A stretch of 29,472 bases of DNA from an uncultured Deferribacteres bacterium. Its GTDB lineage: Bacteria; Zhuqueibacterota; Zhuqueibacteria; Zhuqueibacterales; Geothermadaptataceae. Of this stretch, positions 24,917-29,472 are shown in pieces. The stretch spans positions 1 to 29,472 of the forward strand of contig CAXHAT010000089.1 in the NCBI GenBank assembly GCA_964014485.1, given 5' to 3'. The position numbers and the translations under genes were made by a program. The notes under the pieces are model-generated. The model saw nothing but the letters and a program-made list of their open reading frames with translations, was not told the origin of the DNA and searched no databases. Positions within the stretch are counted from its first letter, which is position 1. Each line of letters opens with the position of its first letter.

Positions 24917-25321
24917 GGGGTGTTTTCTGTTTGGGTTATATTCCTGGCGCGCTCAGAACATGGCTTCGGCGCATCTTGAAAACAAGCATTTTGACGTTTG
25001 CTTTTCAATATACGACTCGGACAAAAAAGTCCAAAATATTTGGTCTTTAACGCTCCAGGGCGTGATCAAGCGTCGCTCTTTTAAACGCATCGTCACATTT
25101 TGGCGGCGTTTGATCATAATTCGTCATCTGAAAAAGGAATTTTTCCGAGAATCGATAGAAAAATGGTAATATTATCTGATTAGCGCAATAGACTTATCGC
25201 ACCAGCTTTTCCCGCTCGCGATGTTCTCAAATGAATCGCAAAGTTCGAGACTGTTTTCGGCGTGGGATTTTAAAAGGACAAGAAGTCTTATTTTAGGGAT
25301 GAAAAACGACTTCAAACATAC

Positions 25322-28300
25322 ATGCAGTATTCAAATCCATATATAGCCGGGCCTCCCATTGATAACGATGAAAAATTTTGGGGGCGAGAAGGCGTCGTCG
25401 ATCGGATATTCGAACTGATTGAACACCCCGAACAAAACACTCTGGCGCTTTACGGGCCCCGCCAAATCGGGAAATCGTCTTTGTTGCTTCAGCTTGAATG
25501 CGACTTGAGCGATGAAGACTACAATCAGGTGTACATCGATTTAAAAGAAAAATCGTCGCTTCTTTACCAGGATTTGCTGCACGATTTTTCTGAAGCGCTA
25601 GCCCAGGCTGCAGCCGTCACTCCCCCCGCCAAAAGGCATTTCCTCGAGAACGATAACTATTTCGCGGACACTTTTTTGCCGGTTTTAGACAGAGCCGTTG
25701 GCGAAAACAACCTGGTCGTTCTTGTTGACGAATTCGAACCCCACGCCTACGCACGTCGAGAGCAATCCGAAAAAGGATTTTTGCCTTATATCGTCAAGCA
25801 GATCAAAAAATGCAAAAACATCAACTTGATCTGCAGTTTGGGACGATACGCCGAAGACGCTTACACCCAAGCGATTTTCGATCAAGTTGAAATCGTTTCG
25901 ATCCTCAGCTATGAAGCGTTGGAAAAACTCATCCGGCAATCGGAAAATGATAAAAGCCTGCGGTGGGAGCAGGACGCCATCAACAGAATTTGGCAGTTGA
26001 CGAACGGCCATCCTTTCTTAACGCAAGTGCTTTGCCGGGTGATTTGGTCTAACGCTCACAAATATAAGCCGAACGTTACGCCTTGGGCTTACATGCGTGA
26101 TATTGACGCCGCTGTTGGGATGACCAAGAAAGAAGCCGCCGAATTATATTCCTGGATGTGGGAAAATATGCTTTCCGTTGAAAGAACGGTTGCTGCGGCG
26201 ATTGGGAATTTGAACAATGAGCGGCTGAGCCATGACGAAATCAATCTGGCGCTGGAAGAAAATGAAATTGAGCTGAAGCCAAACGACCTTGCATTTATTC
26301 TGCATCGTTTGGAACGCGGCGATTTGATTGAGTCCGACGATGAAGAAGGCTATGGCTGCGCTTTTCCTCTATTTTGGCAATGGATCATTGAAAACCATCC
26401 TTTGGAAGAAGTCAAAAAAGAGATCAAAGGGCACTACGCACTGGCGGAAAGTTTGTACCAGGTTGGGAAGAGTTACTACGATCAGGGCAAGATTGACGAC
26501 GCGGAAAACGAATTGATGCGCGCGATCACGACTGATCCGAATCATTCTGACGCACGGCTTCTCCTGAGCCACATTCTGATCGAATCCAACAAGGCGGCAA
26601 ATGCGGTTTTTGCGCTGACCGAAGGCTCGTGGGAAACTTCTGAAGACCTGAAGCAACAACTTGTTTCCGCGCTTCTCGCCCGAGCTGATACGGAGGATGA
26701 AACGGCGCAGGTGAGCACGTACGAGGAAGTGCTTTCCATCGACAATGCGCAACCTGTCGCCACGGAACGGTTGAAGCTTATTTGGCTGCGAAAAGGCGAG
26801 GATGCGTTAGAGCATAATCGGTTGCGTGAGGCGTTGACCGCTTTTGAAAGAGCGCACGCCAAGGGACGCGTTGAACAAGTCCGGCAACTGCTGAAAGAAT
26901 ACGAAATCAAGCACTTTCTCGAAACGGCGGAAGCTTGCGAACTGAAAGAAGATTGGGGCGGCGCCGTAGAAAACTATACGAAACTCCTGGAATATTACCC
27001 CGATCTCGAAGATGTGCCAAACCTTTTGCGCCATGCGAAAGCACAGCAAAAGCTGGAACAGCGCTACCAGGAAGCTGTCGCGGCTTTGCAAAGCGGCGAT
27101 GCTGAAAACGCCCAGAAAATTATCGCCGAAGTTATTCTGCGTCAGCCTGGGTACAAAGACGCGCCGAAAATCTTGCTCAAAGCAACGACCGGGCTGGACG
27201 TTGATGATCTGGAAGCCAATAACAAGCCTTCGCAGGTTGTTGAAGAAGCTCCGCCGCCTCCGCCGATTATTGTAGACAAACAATTGGAGCAAGACCTGGC
27301 GCTGGCGCAACAGCAAATAGACGCGCTGCAAAAAGCCGTACGCGAATCGAGTGAACGCGAAGAAATCGGTCACAAAAATCTTCAAGCGGCTCAACTGCAA
27401 ATTCAAGTACTTGAATCTCGCTTTGAACGCGCGCAACAATATGCCGCCGTTAAATCGAAAATCGCGGAACCGCAAATACCGACCGTAGCTGATCCCGTAC
27501 AAGAAAGCGTTCCCGCGAGTCAGACGCAGGTGAGAAACAAAAAAGCTCCCGAAGCTCCACGGACTCCCCGCAGGGCCCCTTCCGGCCAGCCAGACGCTGT
27601 GAAACAGCACGAGCAAGAAGCCTGGCGCGCGCTTTCGATGATTGACGAGAATAAATCGAAGGCTCCGGTTTCCAAGCCGCCGGGTTCGGAGAACGGCAGA
27701 CAGCCGACTGCGCGTAAACGTCCTCAGCCTGCGGCGAAGCCCGTCATGCGTCAAGCTCCGACGCCTGACGCGCCGCCGGCAAGAAAGCCTCAACAACCTC
27801 CTCAAGCGCGTGATAAAGCTGGAACTTCAGGAGAACAAGCGACGGTTGGAGCGCTTCCTAAATTACCTTTTCCAGGGCCGCCTCCGCGCACTCGAGAAGA
27901 ACTGCCCTGGCGGAAAAAACAACAAGAGAATAAGACGCCCCCTCCGAGCAGCGGTAACCGAAGCGCACAATCGCGAGAGCGCGTTCAGTCGCCTGAACAG
28001 CTTCCGACCAGAAGGTTCGGCGGTTTTAGCAGCATGGAAAACGCGGATGAAGGCGGCAGACAAAGGGTCGCCAGTTGGATCGCGAGTTCTTTGCTTTGGT
28101 TCCCCCTTTTCGCGGGCATTATTTGGACGTGGATCGTCAACCCCTATGATTGGGGCAACGGCGGCAAATTTATGGTGAGCGTCTCTAGTTTTATCTCTTG
28201 GCTGGTGACGAGCCACTACGGTCGTGAAAGCAAGGATGAGTTGGTTTCCCTCTTTCTCTACCTGGGGACCATCGTTTCGTTTATACTGACCACCATATTG

Positions 28301-28762
28301 GTTTCAGAAGCAATGCGGATGGGGGTGCCCGCGTTTCTTTCAGAGAACAGCAACTTGGTCATTTTGGCCGGCGTTATTTACATCATGTTGACGGGCGTTC
28401 CGATTGTTTTTAGCGGGGACGTCATGTACGCAACCGCTGTGGGCGTTTTTGGCGGGGGCGTTGGCGGCGCAGCGCTTTTTGCCGCCGGCGGCGGATCGAT
28501 TGAAGCGACCGCGGTTGTCGCAGTGCTTTCCGCTGGAATGTTGATGGTTCGGCAAACGGACATTGGATTGAGTAGCAGCGGGGGGATTTTTGGCGCGATA
28601 CCGGCGGGTTTTATCATTTATGCGATGACGCTGCGCCTCTATAGCGCCGATTTAAAAATGAGCTTTTTCAGCAGCGTTTTCAGCTTGTTCATCAGTTTGG
28701 CGGTCTGCGTTATGGTCTATCTGCTCGTCAAACTTGTTAAAAACGCGGTAGGGCGGTATTGA
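25322..28762 (+). CDS. STAND-like ATPase with TPRs, coiled coil, Pro-rich linker and C-terminal multi-TM domain
   Basis: NPYIAGPPI..FWGRE, Walker A GPRQIGKSS, Walker B LVVLVDEFE, TNGHPFLTQ (GxP), TPR-like helices, low-complexity P/Q/R/A linker, about 7 hydrophobic segments at the C-terminus. Confidence 0.85.
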   Translation: MQYSNPYIAGPPIDNDEKFWGREGVVDRIFELIEHPEQNTLALYGPRQIGKSSLLLQLECDLSDEDYNQVYIDLKEKSSLLYQDLLHDFSEALAQAAAVTPPAKRHFLENDNYFADTFLPVLDRAVGENNLVVLVDEFEPHAYARREQSEKGFLPYIVKQIKKCKNINLICSLGRYAEDAYTQAIFDQVEIVSILSYEALEKLIRQSENDKSLRWEQDAINRIWQLTNGHPFLTQVLCRVIWSNAHKYKPNVTPWAYMRDIDAAVGMTKKEAAELYSWMWENMLSVERTVAAAIGNLNNERLSHDEINLALEENEIELKPNDLAFILHRLERGDLIESDDEEGYGCAFPLFWQWIIENHPLEEVKKEIKGHYALAESLYQVGKSYYDQGKIDDAENELMRAITTDPNHSDARLLLSHILIESNKAANAVFALTEGSWETSEDLKQQLVSALLARADTEDETAQVSTYEEVLSIDNAQPVATERLKLIWLRKGEDALEHNRLREALTAFERAHAKGRVEQVRQLLKEYEIKHFLETAEACELKEDWGGAVENYTKLLEYYPDLEDVPNLLRHAKAQQKLEQRYQEAVAALQSGDAENAQKIIAEVILRQPGYKDAPKILLKATTGLDVDDLEANNKPSQVVEEAPPPPPIIVDKQLEQDLALAQQQIDALQKAVRESSEREEIGHKNLQAAQLQIQVLESRFERAQQYAAVKSKIAEPQIPTVADPVQESVPASQTQVRNKKAPEAPRTPRRAPSGQPDAVKQHEQEAWRALSMIDENKSKAPVSKPPGSENGRQPTARKRPQPAAKPVMRQAPTPDAPPARKPQQPPQARDKAGTSGEQATVGALPKLPFPGPPPRTREELPWRKKQQENKTPPPSSGNRSAQSRERVQSPEQLPTRRFGGFSSMENADEGGRQRVASWIASSLLWFPLFAGIIWTWIVNPYDWGNGGKFMVSVSSFISWLVTSHYGRESKDELVSLFLYLGTIVSFILTTILVSEAMRMGVPAFLSENSNLVILAGVIYIMLTGVPIVFSGDVMYATAVGVFGGGVGGAALFAAGGGSIEATAVVAVLSAGMLMVRQTDIGLSSSGGIFGAIPAGFIIYAMTLRLYSADLKMSFFSSVFSLFISLAVCVMVYLLVKLVKNAVGRY

Positions 28763-28787
28763 TCGTAGGTTCCTGCGTTTGAGCAAA

Positions 28788-29431
28788 TCAGTAAATATAA
28801 AGAAAAGCCAGAAACGACGCGAAGTTGTTTAGAAAATGCACGCCCAGAGGCAGGTAAGTATTCTTCCAGCGATAGCGCAAATAACCCATAACAACGGCCA
28901 GCAAAAGCACCATCCCGACCTCGCTCAAGTCATATTGCAGCGCATGCGAAAGCGAAAAAGTGATTGAAGTCACCGTTATCGTAACAAATGCGGAGTAGCG
29001 CGCTTCCAACTCTTTGAACAAGAATCCGCGAAAAAACAACTCTTCCGAAATCGGTGCAAAAATTGTGAGCGTGAGAAAAACGAGAACGATGTTGCCGTTC
29101 ATGATCAAATCCATGATCATAGAATTTGGCTCTATCTCCAAAGCTTGCCCGATCACCTCCACCAGTCCGACTGCTACAACAAATGCGATAAACATGATCG
29201 CAACGAGCTTGCCGGTCATTTTACCAAAATTCAAATAAGTTTTGACGTCGATTTTTTGGTTTCTGAGCAGCAACAGCAAAAGAACAATGCTTAAAATTTG
29301 TCCGCCCAGCGTTGCGGACAACAAAAAGTCGGCATTGTTTTGTATGTCCGCGAGCCCGTAACCAAGCGCAAGAAATATCGGAGCTGCGATCAATCCAACG
29401 ACGATCTGCGAAAAGAAGAAAAATATAATTG
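28788..29431 (-). CDS. CPBP (CAAX/Abi) intramembrane metalloprotease, 5'-truncated
   Basis: APISEELFFRG, FSLSH, GVHFLNN. The frame stays open upstream of 29393 (..IIFFFFSQIVVGLIAAP) until the adapter begins. Confidence 0.92.
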
Positions 29432-29472
29432 CTGTCTCTTATACACATCTGACGCTGCCGACGAGCTTCTTG
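29432..29472 (+). other. Illumina Nextera adapter read-through (artifact)
   Basis: CTGTCTCTTATACACATCT (Tn5 mosaic end, 29432-29450) plus GACGCTGCCGACGA (29451-29464), then 8 nt in the index position. Confidence 0.99.

Noticed and set aside
26807..27805. 332-aa antisense ORF and other long shadow ORFs (186-974, 7871-8632, 17188-17883)
   Set aside because: Antisense to well-supported genes, with no recognisable motifs.
5077..29431. A unified anti-phage island (two STAND-like proteins, FxsA, CPBP/Abi)
   Set aside because: The genes are dispersed among transport and signalling genes, FxsA and CPBP are commonly housekeeping, and no nuclease, TIR or SIR2 effector is evident.
29432..29450. Tn5/IS50 transposon end
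   Set aside because: It is the synthetic mosaic end followed by Nextera primer sequence.
1..29472. CRISPR array, tRNA/rRNA, riboswitch, integrase or transposase
   Set aside because: No regularly spaced direct repeats or recognisable RNA or enzyme motifs seen by eye; a covariance-model search was not possible.

Overview
Bacterial contig end, probably from a metagenome assembly: the last 41 nt are untrimmed Nextera adapter plus index. From left to right it holds a small carbohydrate-utilisation cluster (TIM-barrel isomerase/epimerase, CBM9-like protein, GH42-like hydrolase), an 1807-aa P-loop NTPase with a long TPR solenoid, and an ArsC/Spx-like gene that the ORF track truncates but which reads as a UxxC selenoprotein with a SECIS-like hairpin. 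These are followed by fxsA, a membrane HAMP-PP2C (SpoIIE) phosphatase, a DUF4212 plus sodium:solute symporter pair, and a secreted protein behind a good sigma54 promoter. Converging on that gene is a tightly coupled 7-gene minus-strand operon: small membrane protein, SSS symporter, ankyrin protein, coiled-coil protein, longin-like/TM/BON/OmpA protein, Rab-like GTPase, and PAS-sigma54 activator. A second STAND-like ATPase-TPR-multiTM protein and a truncated CPBP protease close the window. Intergenic DNA is rich in REP-like palindromes and transposase-less MITEs that carry REP-doublet cores. The best system candidate is an envelope-anchored longin/Rab-like GTPase/sigma54 relay with a plausible adjacent target promoter. 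All family assignments come from motif recognition by eye; no searches were run.
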